The position numbers were made by a program, and so were the translations under genes. Under the pieces are notes generated by a model. It saw nothing but the letters and a program-made list of their open reading frames with translations, had not been told where the DNA came from and did no database searches. Positions 1 through 9,035 of a stretch of 64,000 nucleotides of DNA are shown here, in pieces. Each line of letters starts with the position of its first letter. The first letter of the stretch is position 1. The stretch comes from Euryarchaeota archaeon UBA91 (GTDB taxonomy: Archaea > Thermoplasmatota > Poseidoniia > Poseidoniales > Poseidoniaceae), in NCBI GenBank assembly GCA_002499705.1, contig DAMU01000040.1, forward strand, positions 114 to 64,113, written 5' to 3'.

Positions 1-3000
1 TTTTGAGTGGCCATTGGCGGTTCAGTAGCAGGGATATTTCCAAATGCCGAATATTTTTCTTCCTCTTGACTTCCTCTTCTGCGCGTGAGGAGTAGGAATA
101 CTGCGAGAATAACCACAATAATCGCAAGACCACCAACAATTGCAGTCGGCACCGAGCCAAGAGCAGCACTTACAGTTTCAACAAATCCTTCTGCGGGCTT
201 TTCAGCTACGGTCAGTGTGATTGTGTCCGTATCCTTCTCTCCATTATCATCGGTAACAGTGACCGTGAATGTCCATTGACCTGGTTCCAGATTTGTGATC
301 GTGTATTCTGCTCCGCTGAAATCGATTTCTCCGATGAAAACTCCATCGAGGTCACTGTCAATTAGGTCACTGTCCCAGTCGTATTGCAATGTCAGTAAAT
401 CACCGGCTGTTTCGCGAGAAATCAAGGTTGAAAGGGTAATGTTATCTCCTTCCATGAGTTCTGTAACATCGCTTGAATTGGTAATCGTAACTGAAGGAGC
501 GATATTTATTACACTGATATTTACTGAAGTCATGGCTTTTGCGCCATCATCGTCCATGACGGTAGCTGTGATTTGTCGTACGCCTTGAGTGGACCACAGT
601 GTCGTCATTTCCAAACCTTGTATTTCGCAATCATTGGTTGGATTCATATCGCTGTCAATGTCCACGAGTGCATTCAAGTCCCAACACACTTCAAGGGAGT
701 CTATATCGGATGCAGTATCACTTATTTCAGCAGTAAAACTGATGTTCGTGTCTTCATAAATAATCGCATCACCAAGGCCGCTTATTGTTGGAGCGACGTT
801 CAAAATGTTGACTTGCGATGTTCGGATTTCAGAGCGAGCGCCATCGTCATCATAGGCTGAAACTTGAATGGTGTGCATTCCTGAAGTAGGCCAAGATACA
901 GTTGCTGTTGAGGAAGGTCCCTTGGTTGTGACCGTCCAATTTGGGTCAAGGTCTGAAGGCATCCATTCGATATTGATGTCATCTCGGTCAGACAGCGTAT
1001 CGTCACCAACGATTCGTAACAGGGCCACTTGGTCTTCATCTAGAGTCCAGACTCCAGATGTATCAGCGGTCAAATTCATCCCACCATACCACAATTCTGG
1101 ATACTGAAGTGTTGGTTGAACGTTGAGAACATCCAATGTCGTGGTGACGGTTGTTGTCTCTTCATCATCATCAATAGCGACAGCAGTAATTTCAAGAGGT
1201 CCTTCTCCCATTGGGATGAACGTACATGTCGGCTGTGTCAATCCTTCTTGACAGTTCAGTCCAGGCCACGAGATACTGACTTGCTGACCCGAAGGTGAGA
1301 TAGTGTCGATGTCTCCTGAATCTGTAGCATCAATGGTGATTTCTGATTCCACATCGATACTTTCGACCATGCTGAGGTTGAGATAAGGAGCACGATTCAA
1401 CACCGTAACATTCAGTTCTACCGTATCCTCGTCAAGTTCTTCATCGTAAACAATAACTTTGACGTTCCAATCTCCATCATCGCTCCAATTCCATTGTGTA
1501 ATACAATCAGGCGCCTCAATGACTTCGATAAGTCCTGGCTTTGATTCCAATTCAAATCGACAATCTACATCCCCGCCGTCTTCATCGAAACTTGAGGAAG
1601 CGTTGAGAAGAATGTTTTCATAGGTATATTTGCCTTCTTCATAGGTAAAGAATCCAGTTGGCGCACGGCCAATGAAAATTTCAACTCCAGCCGCATTGTT
1701 CGAACGGTTCGCATCTTCAGTGACCAATTCATCAGGATCAACGGTAAATGAAAGCGTTTGATTTCCAATCGCAGCGTCTGTAGGAACAGTCCAGTTCACG
1801 GTTATTCGCTGCTCACTGTATGAAGGAATTGCTGGAACTGATTCACGAATACTCGTACCATCAGGAGTGATGACCTCAATTTCTGTCGCCGGAGAGGTGA
1901 GTACACCTCGGTTTTGTGCTGGAATTGAGAACGAGAGAATGTCATTCGGAAGGGCGCCGTATCCAATTGCCTGATTCAAAGTGTCAACTACCGTACCACG
2001 TGTGCGGGTCACAATAATTGAGTCAGATTGAGCAACCAAATCAATTGCTACGACATTCAGGTCAATGACAACCGTTGAAGCCCCGATTATTTCGTTAACC
2101 GGGTCCCAAACAATAACGCCGTTACTGGAATAGTCATCGCTCGAAGGAGTATTATCGATTCCATTTGAAATGTTGAGGTTATACTCGACAATACCTGAAC
2201 CATCTGTTGATGGGTTTGCTAAAAGGTTCGTCGATTCATACCGAACTTGCATATTAGTATTGCTTTGAGGTACACCGCCTGGTGAAGTTTCATATGTCGC
2301 AGTCACCATCTGTTCAGAGTTTGGTAGAGTCGCTAAGAATTGCAAATCTACATCGATATCGACGTTCCGAGTACCGGGTGTAGAGCCTGATTGAACACCG
2401 TATGAATCGGCAGGTGAATAGGACTTCAATAACCAGTCAATGGTAAAACCTGCAGCATTTGATATCCTCATCCACGAATTATATCGAACTGCAGGGCAAT
2501 ACCAGTTGTATCCTGCAGAAACACCAGTTTGATTCCATTCGTTTACCTTAAATGAATCATCACACCCGGTGTAGATGATTGAATCTGTTCCATCGGTAGG
2601 AACTCCTTCAGCCGTAATTTGCCAACTGTTGTTTTCAGGGCCAGCAGTATCGAATGTTGAAGGGTCAAAATAATCTGAACTTCCACTTACTCCAGTGGAT
2701 GCAAAGAATGGCATATACCACTGATCTCCGGTATGAACTGGGAAGTCAAGTTTTTCCTTTGGAGGTGAATACGTCGTGTCAAAAGTAATTTCAGCAATAT
2801 CTTGTTCAAGGAATCCGAAGTTGAGTGGTCGGAATGTAACATCAAGTGTAAATTCTGAATTTATCACTGCAAGGTCTCGAACACGAACCAAGTCTTCGCC
2901 TTGGTAGCCAATATCGAGCCTTCCAGAGACGCCCTCTAAGGTTGCTCCACTGTTCCCAGATGTGAAATCTCCATCCAGTTTGAGAACATAGGCGAGAGTT

Positions 3001-3302
3001 TGGGTTCCATTTTCCGTGATGAAGAGAATGTCTTCTACAGTATATGTTGTGTCTCCAGTTAGCGTGTTTAGCGAAGCAGATACATTGGCTTGAGCAATAA
3101 GTTGCGCTACATCGAATTTGGTTTCATAGACCCATTCATCACCAATTCTCCAAGTTGGGACATCAATGTCCTTATTCCAACCTTCTGCAAATTGAATTTC
3201 AGATTCCCCAAGGGCGGTTGAGTGATGCGAAACCATGCTTGTCAAAGGAGCAGCGAGCATCATAAATATCAATCCAAAGACAACTGGGCCAAAGCGATTC
3301 AT
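1..3302 (-). CDS. Giant secreted surface (adhesin-like) protein, 3' end beyond the left edge; conserved N-terminal domain, PKD-like Ig repeats, C-terminal TM anchor
   Basis: Absent from the ORF track because it has no stop inside the window. Reverse complement read by eye: ATG at 3302 gives MNRFGPVVFGLIFMMLAAPLTSMVSHHSTALGESEIQFAEGWNKDIDVPTWRIGDEWVYETKFD. That is a signal peptide followed by the same VPTWRIGD.WVY block as the neighbouring protein. In the same frame near the left edge: DSDLDGVFIGEIDFSGAEYTITNLEPGQWTFTVTVTDDNGEKDTDTITLTV (PKD-like), then TM helix IVGGLAIIVVILAVFLLLTRRRG and a tail running past position 1. If an in-frame stop lay between, the track would list an ORF starting at 3302. 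Confidence 0.8.
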   Translation of the reverse strand, partial: MNRFGPVVFGLIFMMLAAPLTSMVSHHSTALGESEIQFAEGWNKDIDVPTWRIGDEWVYETKFDVAQLIAQANVSASLNTLTGDTTYTVEDILFITENGTQTLAYVLKLDGDFTSGNSGATLEGVSGRLDIGYQGEDLVRVRDLAVINSEFTLDVTFRPLNFGFLEQDIAEITFDTTYSPPKEKLDFPVHTGDQWYMPFFASTGVSGSSDYFDPSTFDTAGPENNSWQITAEGVPTDGTDSIIYTGCDDSFKVNEWNQTGVSAGYNWYCPAVRYNSWMRISNAAGFTIDWLLKSYSPADSYGVQSGSTPGTRNVDIDVDLQFLATLPNSEQMVTATYETSPGGVPQSNTNMQVRYESTNLLANPSTDGSGIVEYNLNISNGIDNTPSSDDYSSNGVIVWDPVNEIIGASTVVIDLNVVAIDLVAQSDSIIVTRTRGTVVDTLNQAIGYGALPNDILSFSIPAQNRGVLTSPATEIEVITPDGTSIRESVPAIPSYSEQRITVNWTVPTDAAIGNQTLSFTVDPDELVTEDANRSNNAAGVEIFIGRAPTGFFTYEEGKYTYENILLNASSSFDEDGGDVDCRFELESKPGLIEVIEAPDCITQWNWSDDGDWNVKVIVYDEELDEDTVELNVTVLNRAPYLNLSMVESIDVESEITIDATDSGDIDTISPSGQQVSISWPGLNCQEGLTQPTCTFIPMGEGPLEITAVAIDDDEETTTVTTTLDVLNVQPTLQYPELWYGGMNLTADTSGVWTLDEDQVALLRIVGDDTLSDRDDINIEWMPSDLDPNWTVTTKGPSSTATVSWPTSGMHTIQVSAYDDDGARSEIRTSQVNILNVAPTISGLGDAIIYEDTNISFTAEISDTASDIDSLEVCWDLNALVDIDSDMNPTNDCEIQGLEMTTLWSTQGVRQITATVMDDDGAKAMTSVNISVINIAPSVTITNSSDVTELMEGDNITLSTLISRETAGDLLTLQYDWDSDLIDSDLDGVFIGEIDFSGAEYTITNLEPGQWTFTVTVTDDNGEKDTDTITLTVAEKPAEGFVETVSAALGSVPTAIVGGLAIIVVILAVFLLLTRRRGSQEEEKYSAFGNIPATEPPMATQ

Positions 3303-3360
3303 ATTACTCCGAGAGCGTTCTCCTACTTGAGAGGCTTGATTCTCCGTCCCGTAGGGACGG

Positions 3361-6300
3361 TTAAGGATGCGACGACTGTGCTTCCAAATATTGATGGCCG
3401 TAATGAGACCATTGTTCTTCAGTCCAACCTTCAGGAAGCCCTTCTGCCGGAAGCGGTGGGCCTTGTGATTCAACATCCACCTCATGAGGTGAGAAAATTG
3501 GCTCGGCTGCAACCTCTGCCTCGGATTCAATGGGGGCAGAATCGGCCTCAAAAGAGGTAGCAAACATCGTGTCCGATGGTGGAGCTTTGGGACGTCTTGA
3601 TTGTGCTTGGTCAACCAATGATTGCGAGTCCAAACCCTCACCTGACAAGTCTTCTCCCTCTAATCCAGTCTGTTGCCAAGGGTCACTCTCGATGTTGGTT
3701 TTCTTTCGACGAGTCAGCATAGCGAGAAGGAAGAGGGTCGCAATGAGCAGTCCCATCTGTGCGAAAGGATTCGCTTCATCACCGATTAAAGCAGCACCAA
3801 CCTGTTCAATGGAAGTTCGCTCAGGTGGAGCGACTTCAATCACCATCGTAGATTGGCCTGGGCGTTCGGGGTTTTCGTCCCATGCGATGGCTTTGACACG
3901 AATGGTTCCCGCCTTGAGGAACATGTGGGTTACCGTTGATCCAACTAAATCAGCGTCGTTATCCTTAATGCCGTCACCGTTACTATCGACAGTAATGTCG
4001 AGGTCCCAGACAATAGTCAATCCTTCCAAGTCATTGAGTGAATCAATGGTTTGTTCCGCATTGAGGAAGCAATCTCGATAAGCAACACAACTGACACTTT
4101 TCAGACGCACAATAGGTGGCATATTGAGAACTTCAACCGTGAGTACTTCGCTGGTTTGGGCCCCATCATCATCAGTAACGTGGTAGATGATTGTATGTGA
4201 GCCACTTCGATTCCAAGAATACTGGAGTAGGTCACCTTGCACATCGCAGTCATCATCTGCCCCTCCTATGTCATCGCTGTCAATTCCGGGATCGATATCC
4301 CAACAACGAACCAAGGAATCAATATCACTCGCAGTGTCGGTTGCATTTCCTTCGATGGTAATGCTTTGACCTTCAGCAATAGGCAGGAGAGAGACCAAAG
4401 GTTCGATGACCGGTGGGACATTTTGAATGTTAATCCATCGCTCTTCAATGTGGCTGGAATCGCCATCGGTATCGCTCACTTCCAATCGGATGGTGTGCAA
4501 TCCAGACGTGTCCCATTGCATTGGGAATGTTGAGGTTCTTCCGGTAAAGGAATACATGAGAGATGGCTGCTGACCGTCAGGCCACCACGTATGTGTCAAT
4601 GTTTCCAAGTCATCTATTGAATCAAGGGCTTGACCTTTCACGATGACTTGTTCATCTTCATTTAATTGCCAAATTTGCTGTTCATCACTCTCGATAAATT
4701 GGTTGTCTTTTTGGAGTGCAATCGATACGCTGTGAGGTGCAATATTCGTGAAACGGATATCGTAGGTCGCAGCCGTAGTTTCAAAATCATCATCAGTTGC
4801 AACCGCGGTAAATGTGTGCCATCCCTCCGTTGGTGCAGTGGTGGTACACACACGCGTATAGTATCCTTCTTTGCATAAAGCATCAGGCCAATGGACATCA
4901 ACAACTCCAGGCCATACATCTTCTGAATCAGAATCATTCGCAAATGCATAAAGCGTAATTGGATGCTCAACCTTTGCTTCACTTCGCGCACTTAGAATCT
5001 CAATTTTAGGATGTCTATTGCCAATGGTTGCCATTAAAATCGCTGTTTGTTCATCCCGTTCTTCATCAATAACAGTGACTTCAACCGGATAATCGCCGTC
5101 ATCGGTCCATGTCCAGTTTACTAAGCAAGATGCTGAAGGAATTGTTTCCCAAGCCCATGTACGGGAACCATCATCGTAAGGTATCTTGAACAAGCATGAA
5201 ACATTTCCACCGTCTTCATCAAAACTTTGGTTTGCTTCAAGTTGGATCCGTTCAAGGGTAAGTGCTGAAGAGTCCACAACTTGGGGCGTAGGCAAGCGAC
5301 CGACAAACATCGAAAGTTCTGCAACGTTATTGCTTGAATCAGCATCAGCAGAATTCACTCCATCCGGGTCAGCCTGCCAAGAGACAGGAACAATTCCAAT
5401 GGCTTGGTCAGTTGGAACCGTCCATGTGAAGTTGACTTTATGCGCTTCATATGTGTCAAGAGAAGGAAGTGGATGGGTTGAGGTTTGGCCATCGGGGTGC
5501 GTAATAGACATCGTGGTAGGCGTACTGGAGGTAATACCTCGATTTTGAACAGCCACTTCGACCAATAACTCATCACCTGGCAAGATATTCCAGCCTGACA
5601 AGGAGTTTAATTCAGTCACCACACCACTTCGGTTGCGGAGTACTTTAGCAAAACTTTCACTTGAGATTAAATCAAGCCCAACCAAAAATTCATCCAAAGT
5701 AAGCGTTGTAGCGCCGACGACATTTCCGAAAGACGAAGTGGCCGATGGTTGAATTCGAGCGACGATGCCATGACTTGCCCAATCAAGTGCAGATGCAGAA
5801 GAGTCTCTCGCATCACCCATGTTCATCACTGCATAGGCGCTGCCGTTACTTGCTGTAACAACAGAAACGACACTGTTCATCACTTCATTATGAATCTCCA
5901 AGGGAATGTTAGAGGTCGTAGAAAAACAGTTGGACGATGCATTTACCCATACTGCCATTGGCGTATTCAAAGCAGTAATTTCGCTTTCTAAATCAACGTT
6001 TAAGCATTCATCACGCGTCCCAGGGTTGCTGTATTGCTCTACACCTACAGAATCCAAAGGCATGTATCTTTTCAGTCGGAAATCAATCACTAAACCAATC
6101 TCGTCTTCGGTGTGAAGCCAAGCAAAGTTTCGTGCTTCCGGGCAATACCAACGGTATCCACTTTGCTCACCATCACTGTTGAGTGAGGTCAGCTCGTATG
6201 AGGCATTACATCCTCCGTATCCAATTGTTTCACCATATGAATTACGAGGTTTGCCAATGTCAGTAACCTCCCAAGTTGTGCTGTTGGTGTCGGATGAAGG

Positions 6301-6951
6301 TACTGGGAATGGTGTGATGTAGTCGCTTGAACCAGACCATGCAGATGATGCGGTGGTCGTCGTCGTCCATTGTTCATTGACTCGAAGAGGGAAATCATAG
6401 ACTTCACTTACGGGGCTGTAGGTATTTGTGATTGTGATATCACCGAGTATTTGAGCCAAACTTGACAACCCATAGGGTACGAATCGAATATACAATTCTA
6501 AATCACTTCTCATCGATGATAAATCGCTGACTCGGAGATATTCAGTTTGCTCAAAGGTGATGTAAACGTTACCGTTGTAACCATCCAGAGAGACGCCTGA
6601 TTTGTCAAAATTAGCAGATGTGCGTAGAGTATAAGCGAGAACACTCATGTTGTCAACAGTTCGCTCAGTGATTGCCATCACTTCTGCTGTAGTATCTCCA
6701 TAGATTTCACCAACTGTAGCCTGAACGCCTGAATCAGTGACCAGTTTGGTTGGGTCAAAGGTTCCCGAATAGACCCACTTGTCGCCAATTCGCCAAGTCG
6801 GAACATCCTGAACACCAGGGTCTTCTGAAGCATATTGAACAGTTGGAGACTCCTGTAAGGAGGACTCTGAAAACAAGGGCTGCATCGATGCCAAAAACAG
6901 CAAGAACACCAGCATCAGCGAGGACGCAAGTCGAGATGTGCCTTTGCCCAT
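3361..6951 (-). CDS. Giant secreted surface (adhesin-like) protein with PKD-like repeats, C-terminal TM anchor and acidic cytoplasmic tail; paralog of 1..3302
   Basis: The track ORF 3361..6969 starts at TTG. ATG at 6951 gives MGKGTSRLASSLMLVFLLFLASM, a signal peptide. Repeated PKD-like modules: GWHTFTAVATDDDFETT, GLHTIRLEVSDTDGDSS, GSHTIIYHVTDDDGAQT, GTIRVKAIAWDEN. TM helix MGLLIATLFLLAMLTRRKK is followed by a ~115-aa acidic tail. Confidence 0.85.
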   Translation of the reverse strand: MGKGTSRLASSLMLVFLLFLASMQPLFSESSLQESPTVQYASEDPGVQDVPTWRIGDKWVYSGTFDPTKLVTDSGVQATVGEIYGDTTAEVMAITERTVDNMSVLAYTLRTSANFDKSGVSLDGYNGNVYITFEQTEYLRVSDLSSMRSDLELYIRFVPYGLSSLAQILGDITITNTYSPVSEVYDFPLRVNEQWTTTTTASSAWSGSSDYITPFPVPSSDTNSTTWEVTDIGKPRNSYGETIGYGGCNASYELTSLNSDGEQSGYRWYCPEARNFAWLHTEDEIGLVIDFRLKRYMPLDSVGVEQYSNPGTRDECLNVDLESEITALNTPMAVWVNASSNCFSTTSNIPLEIHNEVMNSVVSVVTASNGSAYAVMNMGDARDSSASALDWASHGIVARIQPSATSSFGNVVGATTLTLDEFLVGLDLISSESFAKVLRNRSGVVTELNSLSGWNILPGDELLVEVAVQNRGITSSTPTTMSITHPDGQTSTHPLPSLDTYEAHKVNFTWTVPTDQAIGIVPVSWQADPDGVNSADADSSNNVAELSMFVGRLPTPQVVDSSALTLERIQLEANQSFDEDGGNVSCLFKIPYDDGSRTWAWETIPSASCLVNWTWTDDGDYPVEVTVIDEERDEQTAILMATIGNRHPKIEILSARSEAKVEHPITLYAFANDSDSEDVWPGVVDVHWPDALCKEGYYTRVCTTTAPTEGWHTFTAVATDDDFETTAATYDIRFTNIAPHSVSIALQKDNQFIESDEQQIWQLNEDEQVIVKGQALDSIDDLETLTHTWWPDGQQPSLMYSFTGRTSTFPMQWDTSGLHTIRLEVSDTDGDSSHIEERWINIQNVPPVIEPLVSLLPIAEGQSITIEGNATDTASDIDSLVRCWDIDPGIDSDDIGGADDDCDVQGDLLQYSWNRSGSHTIIYHVTDDDGAQTSEVLTVEVLNMPPIVRLKSVSCVAYRDCFLNAEQTIDSLNDLEGLTIVWDLDITVDSNGDGIKDNDADLVGSTVTHMFLKAGTIRVKAIAWDENPERPGQSTMVIEVAPPERTSIEQVGAALIGDEANPFAQMGLLIATLFLLAMLTRRKKTNIESDPWQQTGLEGEDLSGEGLDSQSLVDQAQSRRPKAPPSDTMFATSFEADSAPIESEAEVAAEPIFSPHEVDVESQGPPLPAEGLPEGWTEEQWSHYGHQYLEAQSSHP

Positions 6952-7004
6952 GGTTGGCCACGTTCGCAATAGAACATCAACGTTCTCTTACAAAAGCAGT
7001 CGAA

Positions 7005-7619
7005 TCAGAGAAGGTCTGCCAATTCATCCTTGATGATTTCAACGGCTTCAAGAATCTCATCTTTGTGTCGAGCGCCGGTAATAACCATCTTTCCGCTTCC
7101 GAAAATCAAACAAACAACCTTTGGATAGTCAAGTCGATAAATCAAACCAGGGAATTGTTCTGGTTCATATTCAACTTTATCAAAAGGCAAGTGGAACGTA
7201 AGATTGTTCAAGTTGAGTTTCCGAGGGACTCCAGCTTGTGGTTCATTGGTGAACTTGTCCTTTCCGTCATAATCTTCTGGGTAGTGGAGTGCATAGGTAG
7301 CAACCATGTTTTGAACTTCGATTTCAACTTGGTCAAGGTCCCAAGTTTCGATGCCTGCGTCACGAAGGTCGGCGATCATTCGCTCGATTCCGGTTTCGAT
7401 GTTTGCTTCGTCCTTGCCACCTGTGCAAACTGCACGGCCAGAGCGGAACATGAGAATTGCGAGTTTAGGGTCAGTTACACGGTAAACTACGCCAGGAAAT
7501 TGTTCTGGTTCGTATTCACAGTTCAGCTGGATTGCAATATCCGGCAAATCGAGTTCTTCAGCGACACGTGTGCTCGCTACTACATTCACTACAGTTAGAC
7601 GTTCTTCATCAGTTGTCAT
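7005..7619 (-). CDS. tbp: TATA-box binding protein (TBP) with an insertion in the second repeat
   Basis: 204 aa with two TBP repeats. The hallmark EYEPEQFPG(V/L)(V/I)YR occurs twice, followed by FRSGRAVCTGG and FGSGKMVITGA. VNVVAS and VQNMVAT begin each repeat. Confidence 0.95.
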   Translation of the reverse strand: MTTDEERLTVVNVVASTRVAEELDLPDIAIQLNCEYEPEQFPGVVYRVTDPKLAILMFRSGRAVCTGGKDEANIETGIERMIADLRDAGIETWDLDQVEIEVQNMVATYALHYPEDYDGKDKFTNEPQAGVPRKLNLNNLTFHLPFDKVEYEPEQFPGLIYRLDYPKVVCLIFGSGKMVITGARHKDEILEAVEIIKDELADLL

Positions 7620-7640
7620 AGTAGGGCCATATATAACGAC

Positions 7641-7650
7641 TATATAAAAA
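7641..7650 (-). promoter_or_regulatory. Candidate TATA box of tbp (TTTTTATATA on the minus strand); geometry implies a leaderless or near-leaderless mRNA
   Basis: The plus strand reads tatataaaaa at 7641..7650, which is TTTTTATATA on the coding strand. Its centre lies about 26 nt upstream of the tbp ATG (7619). No Shine-Dalgarno motif lies between. Confidence 0.5.
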
Positions 7651-7690
7651 GAAGGCAGGCGCCATAGCCAATATTTTCTTTGAAAAGGGA

Positions 7691-8890
7691 TTACTGGGAG
7701 CCTGTATCTTGTTCAGTGGCCCATAATGGCAACTTTTCTGACTCTTCGATGGTTAAGCCGGCGTTTCCAAACGTGGAAATCAGCGTTCGACCGCCGGCTA
7801 ATTCGATGGCTTCACTGGTTGCTTTGGGGTTAGTCGTCAATGCAACCATACAACCTCCACCACCTGCGCCAGTTAGTTTCGCACCCAGAGAAGAAGGTGC
7901 TGCGGCACGAATTAGAGTCTCCAATTCAGGACATGAAACTCCCAATCCTTGGAGCATGATTTGGTTTTCAGTCATCGCTCTACCGACCGAATGATAATCT
8001 CCATCTTTCAACGACTGAATGCCGCGACGAGCAATCAGTCCAATTGTTTCAATTTCTTTTATTCGCTCAGGATTTACTTGAAGTGCTTCAGCGACTTTCG
8101 CTACTTGGTCGGCAGTCGGTGCGTAGACGCCAGTGTTTCCGATGACTAAGTAGACCTGCTCATCAGTTGGCGTTAACTCGATTGAATGTAAATGCCATAA
8201 TCGCTGACCTTCCGGCGTAGTAAGTCGACGTGAGTAGAGGAATTTTTCATCTGGTTCGATTCGATCGGAGAGTAAGACAATCCCGCCATGAGCGCATGTT
8301 GATGCATCCATTGGAGATGCACGTCCACCTTGGGCAGCAGCCTCCACTGCATGACCAAGAAGTGCACATTCATCAACGTCTACAGCATTCTCACCGGTCA
8401 CATATCGAACTGCTTTTCCATCGTCTCCTTTTCGGAATGAATTGAACTCTTTTTCCGTCATAGAATACACTCCATCATCTCCAAAATGACTTGAATATCC
8501 TTCTGACCAGTGTTTCGTTTCTACCCCTTCCGGTTCGTTATACCACCTGCCTCGAGCAGCTCTAAGTGCAGCACTCGCCGCTACGGAAAGCGCTGCAGAA
8601 GAGCCGAGTCCTGAAGCGGGAGGAATATCTCCGGTGATTTGAACGGAAAGGTTCGGAGCGCCTTGGCCTGATTGCCATATCCGATTGCGCAGTGCCTGAA
8701 CGTGCGGGTGACGCTTTGGGTTGAACTTCATACCGTCAATTTTCCAAGTTTCACTGCTTGATGCCAGCGTTTCAATCTTTACAGAAATTCGTTGTTCTAT
8801 GGCCACGGCTACAGCGGGTTGTCCATAAACGACAGCGTGTTCACCGAAGAGAATACATTTCCCTGGCGCGCTCGCAGTAACTCGTCCCAT
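7691..8890 (-). CDS. mvk: Mevalonate kinase (GHMP kinase family) with an internal insertion
   Basis: N-terminal APGKCILFGEHAVVYGQPAVAVAI, GHMP motif PPASGLGSSAA, C-terminal GAKLTGAGGGGCMVAL. At 399 aa it is longer than the usual ~300-330 aa. Confidence 0.85.
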   Translation of the reverse strand: MGRVTASAPGKCILFGEHAVVYGQPAVAVAIEQRISVKIETLASSSETWKIDGMKFNPKRHPHVQALRNRIWQSGQGAPNLSVQITGDIPPASGLGSSAALSVAASAALRAARGRWYNEPEGVETKHWSEGYSSHFGDDGVYSMTEKEFNSFRKGDDGKAVRYVTGENAVDVDECALLGHAVEAAAQGGRASPMDASTCAHGGIVLLSDRIEPDEKFLYSRRLTTPEGQRLWHLHSIELTPTDEQVYLVIGNTGVYAPTADQVAKVAEALQVNPERIKEIETIGLIARRGIQSLKDGDYHSVGRAMTENQIMLQGLGVSCPELETLIRAAAPSSLGAKLTGAGGGGCMVALTTNPKATSEAIELAGGRTLISTFGNAGLTIEESEKLPLWATEQDTGSQ

Positions 8891-9035
8891 TCAATCCCCT
8901 TCGAGTACACCAGCACCTCGCGCTTCATATCCCTTGTTCTAAGGCGACTCTAAAGAACGGATAATTGTCGGTGCATTGAAGACTCGGACTTGCGTGCAGT
9001 TGAGTAGGGGAATCTTCCCGAGGGGGCTTTTTGGT

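Noticed and set aside
3361-3450. LPEGWTEEQWSHYGHQY read as a bona fide WW domain
   Set aside because: It matches only the first strand (LPxGW) of the ~35-aa WW fold, and the protein ends 12-15 residues later. I kept it only as a shared aromatic tail motif, not as a domain call.
3530-4081. 183-aa plus-strand ORF, along with other 60-120 aa ORFs inside 3361..6951
   Set aside because: They are antisense or out of frame to a 1197-aa ORF with signal peptide, PKD-like repeats and a TM anchor. The composition is Ser/Arg/Pro-rich, typical of shadow frames.
6750-7598. 282-aa ORF on the plus strand
   Set aside because: It is antisense to tbp and to the start of the adhesin gene. The TBP repeats (EYEPEQFPG twice) are unambiguous on the minus strand, and the plus-strand product has no recognisable features.
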